Part shown: one piece after another, positions 43,335 through 53,013 of the stretch | How positions within the stretch are numbered: the stretch's first letter is position 1 | Layout of the letters: every line of letters starts with the position of its first letter | Origin: an uncultured Spirochaetota bacterium | Lineage (GTDB): Bacteria; Spirochaetota; Brevinematia; Brevinematales; JAOACQ01 | Assembly (NCBI GenBank): GCA_963835575.1 | Contig: CAWIGG010000004.1 | Span: forward strand, 192,001-256,000 | DNA length: 64,000 bases | Direction: 5' to 3' | Position numbers and translations under genes: made by a program | Notes under the pieces: model-generated | What the model saw: the letters and a program-made list of their open reading frames with translations, nothing else | Database searches by the model: none | Told to the model about the DNA's origin: nothing

Positions 43335-45041
43335 GTGAATGAAAATTCTCTTTCTCTAAAAATAAAAGGACATTTGAATCAGGTTTATTCCTTTCTAAAA
43401 GAATATATCAATCCCGGTTATCTGGTCTTATTCCTGTTTATTTTATTTAATGGGCTGAAGAATCTTTATTTTCATTCAATTGTCGTGTATCAGCAATTTA
43501 CATTTAACAATTTGATTTTTCATCTGGTCGTTATTTTTTCATGGGCGGTATTATTGGCAGGTGTTGCCGTATTTTCAAGGTCCCGTCTGCTTTTTTCCGC
43601 ATTATACCTGCTGCAGTTCATTTATAATTTTGTCAATTTAACCTATTTCCTTTATTTCAGGAATTATTTATTCGTTAATGTCCTGCTTCTGCTGACCGGT
43701 CAGGTCTTTGAGATCGCAAAAGTGGGAGTGGTCCCAATGTATTATCAAGCGTTTCTGATGCTGCTGGATCTTCCGTTATTTATATTATTGATAAGAATCC
43801 CATTTTTCTTCGGCCGTACACTGAAGCAAAAAAGATGGCTGAATTTGCCGGTTGTATTGGTTCCTATTCTAATTTTAGCGGGATCGTATTACTGGCGTAC
43901 CAAACATACGGACCTTGCGTTTACGGGCGACGCAAAGTATGTTTTTGAATATGACCTGCCGATCGCTCAAATACATAAATATTTAAATAGTTTTGAACCC
44001 GGAGAAGATCATATCAGCCAGCTTCATACCAGCCGGAGAGTATTGACTATCGATGGAAGAGGGAAAAAACAGAATATTTTAGTCATTCAGGTAGAGGCGA
44101 TGGAAAGCGGGGCTGTTCTTGCCAGGTATGACGGGAAACCCGTTATGCCATTCCTTTATGAACTACGGAATAAAGCCGTTTATTATCCTTTTGTACTGTC
44201 CTATCACCTCGGAGGCGGAACTTCAGACTCCGAATTTGCCAATATTAACAGTGTTCAGCCTCTGATCGATTATCCCGTATTTAAAGTTGACAATTATGAT
44301 TTCAATAATTCATACCTTAAGGTTTTGACCAACAGCGGTTTTAAAACTTATGCTTTCCATGGAAACACGGGCACGTTCTGGGACCGCGTCAGGACATTTC
44401 CAAAAATGGGTTTCGAGGAATTTTACGATATGATCCGGATGCACCTTAATAAAGTGGTCTGGGGATCTCCCGACCATGTGGTTTTTGAAAAAGTAGCGAA
44501 TATTATCAGAAAAGAAAAAGGGCTTTCACTGAATTATATTATCACAATGTCCACCCATTCCCCTTATAATTTTATGGGGAGTTATTACACGAACAACCGT
44601 TATACTAATATCGCGAACATCGAAGTAAGAAATTATTATACGGCAATGTCATATTTTGATCAGGCTTTACAGAAATTTTTAAGCAATATCAAAGATATAT
44701 CAAACACCACAATTTTGATCAACGGCGACCATGGAAGCCTGGAAGCGGAAGGGTATCAATGCTCTTCATTTACTGAAAATTCCGTCCATTATGAATTCGT
44801 CCCGCTGTATATCCTGACCCCCTCTCATGATAAATATTTTGATCATAAAACCGCGGCCAGTTTATTGGATATTGCGCCGACCGTATTATATTTGTCGGGA
44901 ATTTCGGCCGGATATCATACCGAAGGAGAAAACCTGATGAGGCCCGATAGCGCAACGAACAAAATTCCTTTCAAAGGAAAATGGTATGACAGGCAGGAAT
45001 TATACAAAAAGATTATCGATAAGACAGGTTTAAACCCTTGA
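43335..45041 (+). CDS. LtaS/phosphoglycerol transferase-family sulfatase-fold membrane protein
   Basis: N-terminal TM segments; QVEA, GGTSDSEF, THSPY, GDHG, DIAPTVL. Confidence 0.82.
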   Translation: MNENSLSLKIKGHLNQVYSFLKEYINPGYLVLFLFILFNGLKNLYFHSIVVYQQFTFNNLIFHLVVIFSWAVLLAGVAVFSRSRLLFSALYLLQFIYNFVNLTYFLYFRNYLFVNVLLLLTGQVFEIAKVGVVPMYYQAFLMLLDLPLFILLIRIPFFFGRTLKQKRWLNLPVVLVPILILAGSYYWRTKHTDLAFTGDAKYVFEYDLPIAQIHKYLNSFEPGEDHISQLHTSRRVLTIDGRGKKQNILVIQVEAMESGAVLARYDGKPVMPFLYELRNKAVYYPFVLSYHLGGGTSDSEFANINSVQPLIDYPVFKVDNYDFNNSYLKVLTNSGFKTYAFHGNTGTFWDRVRTFPKMGFEEFYDMIRMHLNKVVWGSPDHVVFEKVANIIRKEKGLSLNYIITMSTHSPYNFMGSYYTNNRYTNIANIEVRNYYTAMSYFDQALQKFLSNIKDISNTTILINGDHGSLEAEGYQCSSFTENSVHYEFVPLYILTPSHDKYFDHKTAASLLDIAPTVLYLSGISAGYHTEGENLMRPDSATNKIPFKGKWYDRQELYKKIIDKTGLNP

Positions 45042-45174
45042 TCTCAACCTGGAAAGCGGTTTTATTCAAGACAGTGGGAATGAGAAACAAAATCAATATT
45101 CTCTTAACTCAGAAAAAATCTGCTTTCTGAAACCCGTTTTTTTAATGCGGGGTGGTAATAGTCAGGTTTAAGCC

Positions 45175-46203
45175 TTACTCAAAATCATGGATATGCGCCG
45201 GAAGATGATCATGAGTATGTCTTTCCGGCTTTTTCTTAAGACTTCCGGCCGGAATAAAAGGATCGACATGGACCGTCGCATGAGAAAGATAGGGAACATG
45301 GTGCATCAACTCATGCTGGGTTTCCAGAGCTATATTGTGGGCTTTTTCCACATTCAGTTTTGGATTTAATGCAATGGTCAGTTCGGCAAAAAGCTGGTGT
45401 CCCAGCCACCGCACGCGTATGGATGAAAAACCTTTTACTTCCGGGACATGGCTTAAGGCATGCATGATTTCGTCTATAACGTCAGGGTCAACACCGTCAA
45501 TCAGCCTTGTAAAAACGGACTTTCCGGAATCCCAGACGATTTTTAAGATCATGAAGGTAATGAGAAGGCCGATGACCGGGTCCGCCATTGGAAAACCGAG
45601 GCCCACCCCTATGGCCCCGGCAAAAACCGCCAGGCTCGTTAATCCGTCAATCCGGGCATGATGGCCGTCGGCGACAAGCGCGGCGCTGCCGATCTTCCTG
45701 CCCGTTTTTATCCTCATCAGCGCGGCCGCCTCATTCCCGGTAAAGCCGATGATGGAAGCGGTCATAACCGCCCAGAGATTTTTAACGGCCGCCGGCTTAA
45801 TGATTCTTTCAATAGACTCATAGCCCGCTATGACCGCGCTCGCGAGTATGATCAATACTATAAAAACTCCCGCCAGGTCTTCCATACGCCCATAGCCGTA
45901 TGTAAAGCGCTTTGTCGGCTTCTTTTTTGAAAGCGCAAAGGCGATCCAGAGGGCTATTCCGGTCAAAGCATCGCCGGCATTATGGATCGTGTCCGCGAAA
46001 AGCGCGATACTTCCGGAATAGAATACAATAAAAATTTGAAATAACGCCGTGGAGAGTAAAATCACAAAAGACAATTTGACAGCCCGGATGCCCTGCTCCG
46101 TATTTATTATGGAAGGATCAATAAAGCCATGGATGTGTTCATGTTTGCCGCTTTTTTTTACAGGATTATCATTATTCATAATTTTCTGACAGCCAATTTT
46201 CAT
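45175..46203 (-). CDS. Cation diffusion facilitator transporter
   Basis: SIAL.AD.IHN.GD, TYGYGR.EDLAG, ADGHHAR.D; His-rich termini. Confidence 0.92.
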   Translation of the reverse strand: MKIGCQKIMNNDNPVKKSGKHEHIHGFIDPSIINTEQGIRAVKLSFVILLSTALFQIFIVFYSGSIALFADTIHNAGDALTGIALWIAFALSKKKPTKRFTYGYGRMEDLAGVFIVLIILASAVIAGYESIERIIKPAAVKNLWAVMTASIIGFTGNEAAALMRIKTGRKIGSAALVADGHHARIDGLTSLAVFAGAIGVGLGFPMADPVIGLLITFMILKIVWDSGKSVFTRLIDGVDPDVIDEIMHALSHVPEVKGFSSIRVRWLGHQLFAELTIALNPKLNVEKAHNIALETQHELMHHVPYLSHATVHVDPFIPAGSLKKKPERHTHDHLPAHIHDFE

Positions 46204-46224
46204 ATGTCAGCAGAATAATAGGCC

Positions 46225-46650
46225 TCATTCTTCTTTCAGCAGTTTTTCCTTTTCGCCTTTTTCCTCATCAATGACGTTCTTGAGCCAGGCTTTTGCGGCT
46301 TCTTCATCATCCGAATCAAAAGTCTTGATATACCGCTTGTCCCTGCCCGCCATGGACAGCGCCACATTATACAGCACCTGCATTTCTTTTGTCATCCCGA
46401 CAACGGCGGTCGCTTTTGAAAAATCGGAATTATAGCGGGAAAAATTGGTAAAATCCCTGATTGTTTTCATATTATAATGCATACCATGCACATTGACTAA
46501 AAAAAGGACGCTTTCATGTTCGCATTTCGCGACAAAAGCCTTGCAGATGCTGATAAAGTCGGGTATTTCCTCATTTTGTATCTCTTTAAAGTCCAGATAA
46601 AGAAGATTCAAACCCTCATACTGAATATAAAATGGTTTTCTTTCCGTCAT
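46225..46650 (-). CDS. STAS/SpoIIAA-like protein
   Basis: LYLDF...FLVNV...ATAVVG...F.S..EA.AWL pattern; start uncertain (46650 or 46671). Confidence 0.55.
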   Translation of the reverse strand: MTERKPFYIQYEGLNLLYLDFKEIQNEEIPDFISICKAFVAKCEHESVLFLVNVHGMHYNMKTIRDFTNFSRYNSDFSKATAVVGMTKEMQVLYNVALSMAGRDKRYIKTFDSDDEEAAKAWLKNVIDEEKGEKEKLLKEE

Positions 46651-46710
46651 TTTACCCCCCTGAAATTTCATATATACAAAATTAATCCGGTCTTTTTAAT
46701 TCGGCCTTTA

Positions 46711-47691
46711 TTATATTTCCACATCAATCTTCGGCAATCCTATCTTAAACCCGGCCATTGTCCAGTCGCCCTGGTTCCTCGGCGTGAATATCTTTCCATA
46801 AGTCCCGTACAGGCTCCGGTTCGCTTCGATCACAAATGCGCACTGGATATAGCCCATACCCGCCGAAAAATGTTTTTCACCGGGATCTTTTTCCCTTTTT
46901 AATTCCGCCCTGAGCTGGCTGTATGCTAAGGCAAAATAAGGATAAAAAGATGAATGCACGCCGTTTACTATCATCATAAAATACAGGGAGAGATTCCAAT
47001 AATCCTCAAAGTTTTCCTTGACGGCGTTATTCCAGAGCTTTTTAAATTCTTTTTGATGATAATCCTGTAGAAAAATTTTTAAAATCGTGTCGGAACAATC
47101 GCTGAAGTTCTTCATTTCGAACTCCTGCCGGAGGTCAAACTGGGCTATCGCCTGCCCCGCCTCAATCCTTTTCTGGATCATTGACTGGGTCTGCTTCTGG
47201 ATATGCCCATAGTTCTCAATCTCAATATGAAGCTCATTCTCCTTGACCTGCATATGAACAATGACATGGATTTCAGGATACTTATAAAGCAGAGGCGTAT
47301 TTTCTCCCTTCAAACAATATTCTTCATTCAATATTTGACGCATCAGCGAAAGCGGGGCGCATTCGGCATCTTCTTTTATAAGGCCCAGCTTTTTTGCGAT
47401 AAGGGTGATATTTTCTTTTTCACCGTTTTTGACTATTTCCCTGAGAAGGGTATCGATCTTCTGCGATACATCAGGAATAAACGTGTCGCAGATCGCGTGA
47501 ATCCTTTCAAAAACGAATGGCGGCTGCGAAGAGAAAAAAGCCAGCGCCAATTCCTTTTCTTTCTTGGCAAGCTGCATGATATCCAGGAATTTTTTCCCTT
47601 TAACAGGTATATCATTCAAAATAAACTCATTAGGACCAACTGTAAGAATCAAAGGAAAATGGACCTTTTTGTCAACAAATTTTTTTAACAC
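46711..47691 (-). CDS. Hypothetical protein with divergent GHKL/HATPase-like boxes
   Basis: LREIVKNG (N-box-like), IEIENYG, SAGMGY (G2-like). Confidence 0.45.
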   Translation of the reverse strand: MLKKFVDKKVHFPLILTVGPNEFILNDIPVKGKKFLDIMQLAKKEKELALAFFSSQPPFVFERIHAICDTFIPDVSQKIDTLLREIVKNGEKENITLIAKKLGLIKEDAECAPLSLMRQILNEEYCLKGENTPLLYKYPEIHVIVHMQVKENELHIEIENYGHIQKQTQSMIQKRIEAGQAIAQFDLRQEFEMKNFSDCSDTILKIFLQDYHQKEFKKLWNNAVKENFEDYWNLSLYFMMIVNGVHSSFYPYFALAYSQLRAELKREKDPGEKHFSAGMGYIQCAFVIEANRSLYGTYGKIFTPRNQGDWTMAGFKIGLPKIDVEI

Positions 47692-47951
47692 AATTTTCCT
47701 TCCCTTACGGGTTTTTTATATTTTAAATCATAACTTACATTCCCGCAAAATTATTTTATCTTTTTATTTCGGGTAAAACATTGTAGAATATATTCAGGAA
47801 TTTTAAAATACATTATCTCCTTTTTAAAAATGGAGGAAAATATGGAAAAATTCCTGAAATATATGGCCGTCACTGGATTTGTTCTATTTATATTTATCAG
47901 GAAAATTAAAAAAAGGGGGTGTAAAATTTATTCAACGCCCCTTTTTTCATT

Positions 47952-48100
47952 TAGCTTCCACATTTTGGACACGCCATAAGATCCACTTCAATGACTTTCT
48001 GGATGAGCCGCACCCATGCTTGATTAGTTTTTTTCTTTTTAGCCCCAACATCTTCCGGACTTTTTTCTTCCGTCGGAATATCTTGAACTGTATCCGCCGC
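47952..48100 (-). pseudogene. C-terminal remnant of an IS91-family transposase
   Basis: Minus frame ends NQAWVRLIQKVIEVDLMACPKCGS*, resembling W.RLI.KV.EVDP..CP.CG. Confidence 0.6.
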
Positions 48101-48165
48101 CTTAAATTTTTCCAGCCTGTCTTCCGCCGTATTTTTATCAGAAGCCCGTCGAACTTAAATCAGCT

Positions 48166-49044
48166 TTATAATACCTGTTTTTGAAGAAAATCCATAACAA
48201 GAGAGATGAAATTTTTATTGGTGGTTGGAGATACAATGTCCCCCGCAAGGATATGATCTTTAGCTTCGCTGAAATTAACAATTGATTTTCGTTCGCTCCC
48301 TAAAAGCTCAAATACACGCTTTATATCCGGGATAGATAATACATTATCATTTTCCGTATATACACATAATACAGGTATTTTTATAGATTTAAGATTTATT
48401 TTTTTTACTAAATTTACAGTTTTCATCATTGATTGAACTGCCTGTGACCTGTAACGCGGCGTCCAGTACCTTCCATGCAGCTCATTGACAGGTTCAAATT
48501 GAGTATAATATTTACCGAGTATCATCCGGGCCAAAAGCCTTCCGCCTGGTAAAAGAAAGAGATTTGATCTTTTATCAGCCAGCCCAAAATTGGGAGACAG
48601 AATAATGAGCGCCGCACTCTTTTTATCATCAGCAGCAAGCCAGGCTGCAAGCGGGGCACCCGTTGAATATCCGACCAATATTACCTGATTTCCTATTGCA
48701 TTGCCGATGGCATACGCCTCATGAACGTCGTAAAGCCAATCCTTCCATTTTGCCTCTTTTAAGGCATCCCCATTCAGGCCGTGGCCTTTCAGACGTGTAT
48801 AAAACAGATTCGCTTTAATTTTTTTTGCGATATCATCAAAAACCGGGGCAGTCTCCTGACGGCTTGCCGTGAATCCATGGATGTAGACAATAGAGAAAGG
48901 AGTCTTTTTTCCTGCTCCCGATGCCCAATATATTATTTTCTCTGTTCCAGGAATAATACCGGGAATTGATGCTTCCCCTTTTTTTAACCAGTCATCCAGA
49001 GCCTCTATCTCCGGTAAAGCCATCTTATCACTTTCATTCTTCAT
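48166..49044 (-). CDS. Alpha/beta hydrolase (carboxylesterase/lysophospholipase-like)
   Basis: HGFTAS, GHG, GYSTG nucleophile elbow, D and H of the triad. Confidence 0.88.
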   Translation of the reverse strand: MKNESDKMALPEIEALDDWLKKGEASIPGIIPGTEKIIYWASGAGKKTPFSIVYIHGFTASRQETAPVFDDIAKKIKANLFYTRLKGHGLNGDALKEAKWKDWLYDVHEAYAIGNAIGNQVILVGYSTGAPLAAWLAADDKKSAALIILSPNFGLADKRSNLFLLPGGRLLARMILGKYYTQFEPVNELHGRYWTPRYRSQAVQSMMKTVNLVKKINLKSIKIPVLCVYTENDNVLSIPDIKRVFELLGSERKSIVNFSEAKDHILAGDIVSPTTNKNFISLVMDFLQKQVL

Positions 49045-49482
49045 GCATAGATTTTATAACTGTGTGTAATATTAAGCAATCAATTCAAAAAAAATTTCAA
49101 AGCAGGATGAATGGCTGTTTTTAGCGATCACTAAGACCGGAATAAATGTTAGAAATTGTTATCACCGCCGGATGTGGCGGCTCAAAGAAAACCAGCCCGC
49201 TGTTGATGTACCCCAAATTGGGAGTTTTAAAACGGGAGCGCCGGTCGGGTTTCCTGTTGACGATAAAAATATATACAAAGAACACGACGAGAATTAATAA
49301 TTGTTAGGAAATATTATATTCAGAGGCGGGTAAAAAACGTAATAAATAATCGAGAAAAACCAAAAAAAGTCGATTTTTTAATAAAAATGAACTGTTAAAA
49401 AAAACATTTAATTAACCACGGAGTTCACCCTTCGGCAGGCTCAGGACAGGCGCCGAACACAGAGATATTATAATTTATTGTA

Positions 49483-50878
49483 GAGTTTTTGTCAAATGTT
49501 GTGTATGACATACCCTCTCATTTTTTTATGCTGCCTTTTTTACAAGCTCTCCGTTCTCAAAAACAGCGCCTTCCAATACAAGGCTAATCTTTTCATAACC
49601 TCTTAATTTTCTCCATCGCCTGGATGCCTTATCCAGTAATTTATAGACCATTATTAGAATCGTTTCCCTGGTTCCGCAGCCTCTCATCTTTTTAGTTCTT
49701 AATCGAACTGTAGAGAAGGTAGATTCTATTACGTTTGTCGTACGGATATGTACCCAATGTTCCGCCGGACAGTTATAAAATTCGATCATAAGCTCCCAAT
49801 CCTTTTCTAAACATTCGACAGCTGCTGGATATTTAGGATTAAAAACCGCCTGGAATAATTCAAAAGCTTTGATAGCATTATCCTTATCAGGAGCATTGCA
49901 TATCTCATGAAGCATCTCTTTTGCCTTTGACTGTAATACTTTGGGCAGCTTGTTTAGAATGTTCTTTATCTTATGAACCCAGCATCTCTGCCATCTGGAT
50001 TCAGGATATACTTCTTTGGCTGCTTTCCAGAATCCAAGGCTTCCGTCTCCGATAAAAAGAATAGGACCTTTCAAACCTTTTTCTTTTAGGTTTCTTAATA
50101 TCCCTAACCAAGTCTCGGAATTCTCTCTGTAACCTTCTTCAACAAGAATAATCTCCTTTTCACCATTCTCATTGGCTCCGATCATTACAAGAGTGCATAA
50201 ACGGTCTTCGCTGCCCTGTACATTGAAGTAAATGCCGTCAACCCATATATAGCAATACTTTTTATCGCTTAAATCGGATGTCCGCCACTCATCATATTCT
50301 TTACCCCATCCTTGTTTCATTCTGCTTATACTTGAGGCTGATAATCCTTTCGCTTCTTCACCAAGCAATCCTCTCAAGGCATTCTCCATATCCATCTCTG
50401 AGACTCCATAGAGATACAACAATGGAATGGCTTCCTCAATTCTCAGGCTTTTTCTCATATACGGCGGTACTATTAGGCTTTGAAAATTGTCGCCTCCGAG
50501 TCGGTTCCTTGTTCTCGGAATACATACATCAATAGCCCCTCCACCAATGAGAATCTGACGGGCTTTATGATACCCATTTCTTACTATTGCCTTTCTCCCG
50601 TCTTCGATAGTTAAATGCTCTCTCTCCTGAAGAAACCCATTAATTTCATCTTCCAGAGCCTTCTTGATTATTTCCCTGGCCCCGATCCTTGCCAATTCTT
50701 CAAGACATAAAAATTCTACTGTTTCATCTTGATTAAAAGCCTGTAAGAGCTTAAAATCTTCGTTGTGCTTCGGCATATGGCGTATTCCTCCTTTTGTTTA
50801 TTGTCGTAAATAAATTATAGAGGGTACGCCATCTTTTTTATAATATTTATTCCTATACACAACTTTCTATTATAACTC
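49483..50878 (-). mobile_element. IS256-family insertion sequence
   Basis: Imperfect IRs GAGTTTTTGTCAAATGTTGTGTAT / GAGTTATAATAGAAAGTTGTGTAT; 9-bp TSD TTTATTGTA (49474-49482 / 50879-50887). Confidence 0.92.
49526..50776 (-). CDS. IS256-family (Mutator-like) transposase
   Basis: RNGY, WVDG, GDG..GFW, QRCWVHK, RTTN.IES.F. Confidence 0.95.
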   Translation of the reverse strand: MPKHNEDFKLLQAFNQDETVEFLCLEELARIGAREIIKKALEDEINGFLQEREHLTIEDGRKAIVRNGYHKARQILIGGGAIDVCIPRTRNRLGGDNFQSLIVPPYMRKSLRIEEAIPLLYLYGVSEMDMENALRGLLGEEAKGLSASSISRMKQGWGKEYDEWRTSDLSDKKYCYIWVDGIYFNVQGSEDRLCTLVMIGANENGEKEIILVEEGYRENSETWLGILRNLKEKGLKGPILFIGDGSLGFWKAAKEVYPESRWQRCWVHKIKNILNKLPKVLQSKAKEMLHEICNAPDKDNAIKAFELFQAVFNPKYPAAVECLEKDWELMIEFYNCPAEHWVHIRTTNVIESTFSTVRLRTKKMRGCGTRETILIMVYKLLDKASRRWRKLRGYEKISLVLEGAVFENGELVKKAA

Positions 50879-51059
50879 TTTATTGTAAGTCAATGAGTTA
50901 AAACAATTCACTCTTTGCGCTCCGTCTCCGTGGTGAAATTTCAGGTTTTGGGTATCTGCGCACAGTTAATTTAATAGTTTTCACACAGTCTGTGAGCTAG
51001 TCGAAGTGTTGCCGAAGCATTGCCGAATTTATATCATAAAATATAGTCTACGGCTGAAG

Positions 51060-51205
51060 GTTGCGTTATTATAGCAATGATTTTCATTTTGCTGTCCGCG
51101 TTATTTATCTTTATTTTTAAAACCGGGTCCGTAGGCATCATGATCGCCAATTTCATTGACGAATCCTGGCGGGCCGTTGTGAATTATCTGCGGTTTCATT
51201 TTAAG
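51060..51205 (+). pseudogene. Possible MATE-transporter 3' fragment
   Basis: GIMIANFIDESWRAVVNYLRFHF; near-identical to 63621-63689. Confidence 0.45.
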
Positions 51206-51557
51206 AGAAGTATTTAGCTGAAACATCTTATTTTAATGGCACTCGACCCTTATTTTTTAAACCGTTTCCTTAATCTTCCGGCTTCGCTATGTTTGCCCTG
51301 TTTTTCATATAATTTACTACTATATTTATGGACTTTTCACACTGTCTGTGGACCCATCGAAGCATATTGTGATAAACTATTCCCGGTTTTTTCATCGAGT
51401 GATAATATCTGTTCAGAATTGTCTGCAGAAAATCCGGGTTCATTGAAAAAGCCCGCTTTTTTTTATCACAGAAATCATAAACAACAAAGCTTTTATATTG
51501 ATAATCCGCTATAAAAAACCGTCATTATTTTTTTATATTTTATGTATAACTGAAGCG

Positions 51558-51666
51558 GGAAGAGAAGTTCGATGGGAAGTTCATGATCAGTACTTCAATG
51601 ATTCGATACAGCTGGAAGATATCGCATTGGGGTATAAGCAGATGTTAAAGATTGATCGGGTATTCA
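51558..51666 (+). pseudogene. IS1634-like transposase remnant (second copy ~61514-61622)
   Basis: EEKFDGKFMIST...EDIALGYKQ.LKI.RVF. Confidence 0.55.
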
Positions 51667-51704
51667 GTGGAAAATTCCATTCCGGGCCGATGAACGTGAA
51701 TAGC

Positions 51705-51747
51705 AAAGAAAAGGGGCATCGGGAAACACCCGAAGCCCCTTTCTTTA
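51705..51747. terminator. Bidirectional terminator after the ice-binding gene (also ~61662-61703)
   Basis: aaagaaaaggggc.tcggg-aaaca-cccga.gcccctttcttt. Confidence 0.75.
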
Positions 51748-51797
51748 CGCCAAGTATTAGTTATGAGTATCCCTGCCTGGGAACCGAATCCCTCAGC

Positions 51798-52592
51798 TTA
51801 CGGTTGGGTCACAGTATTCATTTGTAATGTTACCGCAGTCTGTGCCAACAGCCTGCCGTTCACTGTCGCGCCGGTAATCAGGGAGATCGCTGTAGAAGAA
51901 AGTACTATTCCCTCGATGTGCGATGCCGCACCAAGCGTACAGGAAACGGTCTGCCAGAAAATGTTCTTGGCCTGTGCGCCGCCGGTCAGGATTACTTTTA
52001 CATTAGCAGCCATAGAAAGAACGCCCGCACTCTGGAAGATCCAGACATCATCAGGACCGCCATTGAGAGTGACATCACTGTTTATCAAAACCCCTGTGCC
52101 CCACTTGTAGAGCCCGGGAGTGAGAGTTAACCCGCTAATATTTCCAGCTCCAAATTCGATGAAATTGGGATTTGTACGCCCGGCAGCATCATTGCACGCT
52201 GTCAGCATGTCGCTTACAGCAATGGTCAGGATAGAAGGAGTTGGCGACGTATAGTCTGCCGCATACACCTTTCCGGTAACCTGACTGGAAGTTGAAAATG
52301 TACCTGTGCTATCCAATATTAATCCGAATCCCGTAATGGCGCCGGAAGCGATCGGGCTCACGCCGATGTCGCCGGTTATTACTGAGGTCGGAACGGTAGT
52401 GATCCCTGATCCTGCCAGAACCACAAAATTGCCGGCTGTTCCAAGGCTTACCGGCGCCTGGCCTGTCGAGTAACTTGCCTTTAAAGTGGAACTCGCGGTG
52501 CTCGCGGCGGGCGTAGATGCGTTAGGCGTTGTTGAACAAGCTGTTAAAGCGAACGCGCAGACTAACAAACTGATTGTAATAATTTTCTTCAT
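51798..52592 (-). CDS. Ice-binding DUF3494 lipoprotein, copy 1
   Basis: Lipobox LTAC; LGTAGNFVVLA, TGDIGVSP, LTPGLYKW, VWIFQ, AKNIFW, GRLLAQTAVTL. Confidence 0.92.
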   Translation of the reverse strand: MKKIITISLLVCAFALTACSTTPNASTPAASTASSTLKASYSTGQAPVSLGTAGNFVVLAGSGITTVPTSVITGDIGVSPIASGAITGFGLILDSTGTFSTSSQVTGKVYAADYTSPTPSILTIAVSDMLTACNDAAGRTNPNFIEFGAGNISGLTLTPGLYKWGTGVLINSDVTLNGGPDDVWIFQSAGVLSMAANVKVILTGGAQAKNIFWQTVSCTLGAASHIEGIVLSSTAISLITGATVNGRLLAQTAVTLQMNTVTQP

Positions 52593-52658
52593 AATTTTCT
52601 CCTAAATATTTTTTATACAACACAAAAACCGAAACCCTAAAAACAAAAAGAACCCTGA

Positions 52659-52667
52659 TTATCTCAT
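52659..52667 (-). promoter_or_regulatory. Minimal uORF ATG-AGA-TAA with strong SD
   Basis: GAAGGAGAAATAAC-ATG AGA TAA; copy 2 has ATG AGG TAA. Confidence 0.45.
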
Positions 52668-52774
52668 GTTATTTCTCCTTCAATAATAATTAATTCACGT
52701 CAACTTTAAAATAAAACTCTCATGTTCGTTCATGCCGATTTTTCCTTTAACGAATGGTGAACAAGCTTATATAG

Positions 52775-52790
52775 GCAATATCCATGCCAG
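52775..52790 (-). promoter_or_regulatory. sigma54 -24/-12 promoter for ice-binding gene 1
   Basis: CTGGCATG-GATA-TTGC with consensus spacing. Confidence 0.7.
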
Positions 52791-52962
52791 CATATTCCTT
52801 TATGGTAAAAAAGGAATTATACAAACATATTACCGGATGAAAATAATTCACCGGCAGAAGCAATGATATGTAAAAAAGCATCGGAAAAAGCGAGTAACTT
52901 TGGAGACTAAAAATAATGCGTATATGTCTGTATATTAAAGAATAATGCCAATAATCAAACAT

Positions 52963-53013
52963 AATTTACCCCAATAAACAGTCTCAATTTCAGACGCTTT
53001 TTTGGGGTAAATT
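52963..53013. promoter_or_regulatory. Candidate enhancer (UAS) palindrome
   Basis: aatttacccca-...-gtctcaatttcagac-...-tggggtaaatt, ~200 bp upstream of the sigma54 site; identical in copy 2. Confidence 0.5.

Noticed and set aside
47842..47979. 45-codon ORF with SD GGAGG
   Set aside because: Runs through a terminator-like hairpin into the transposase remnant; probably a gene stump, not enough support.
52747..52962. 71-aa ORF upstream of ice-binding gene 1
   Set aside because: Its ATG is ATA in copy 2 and it overlaps the sigma54 promoter; better explained as regulatory DNA.
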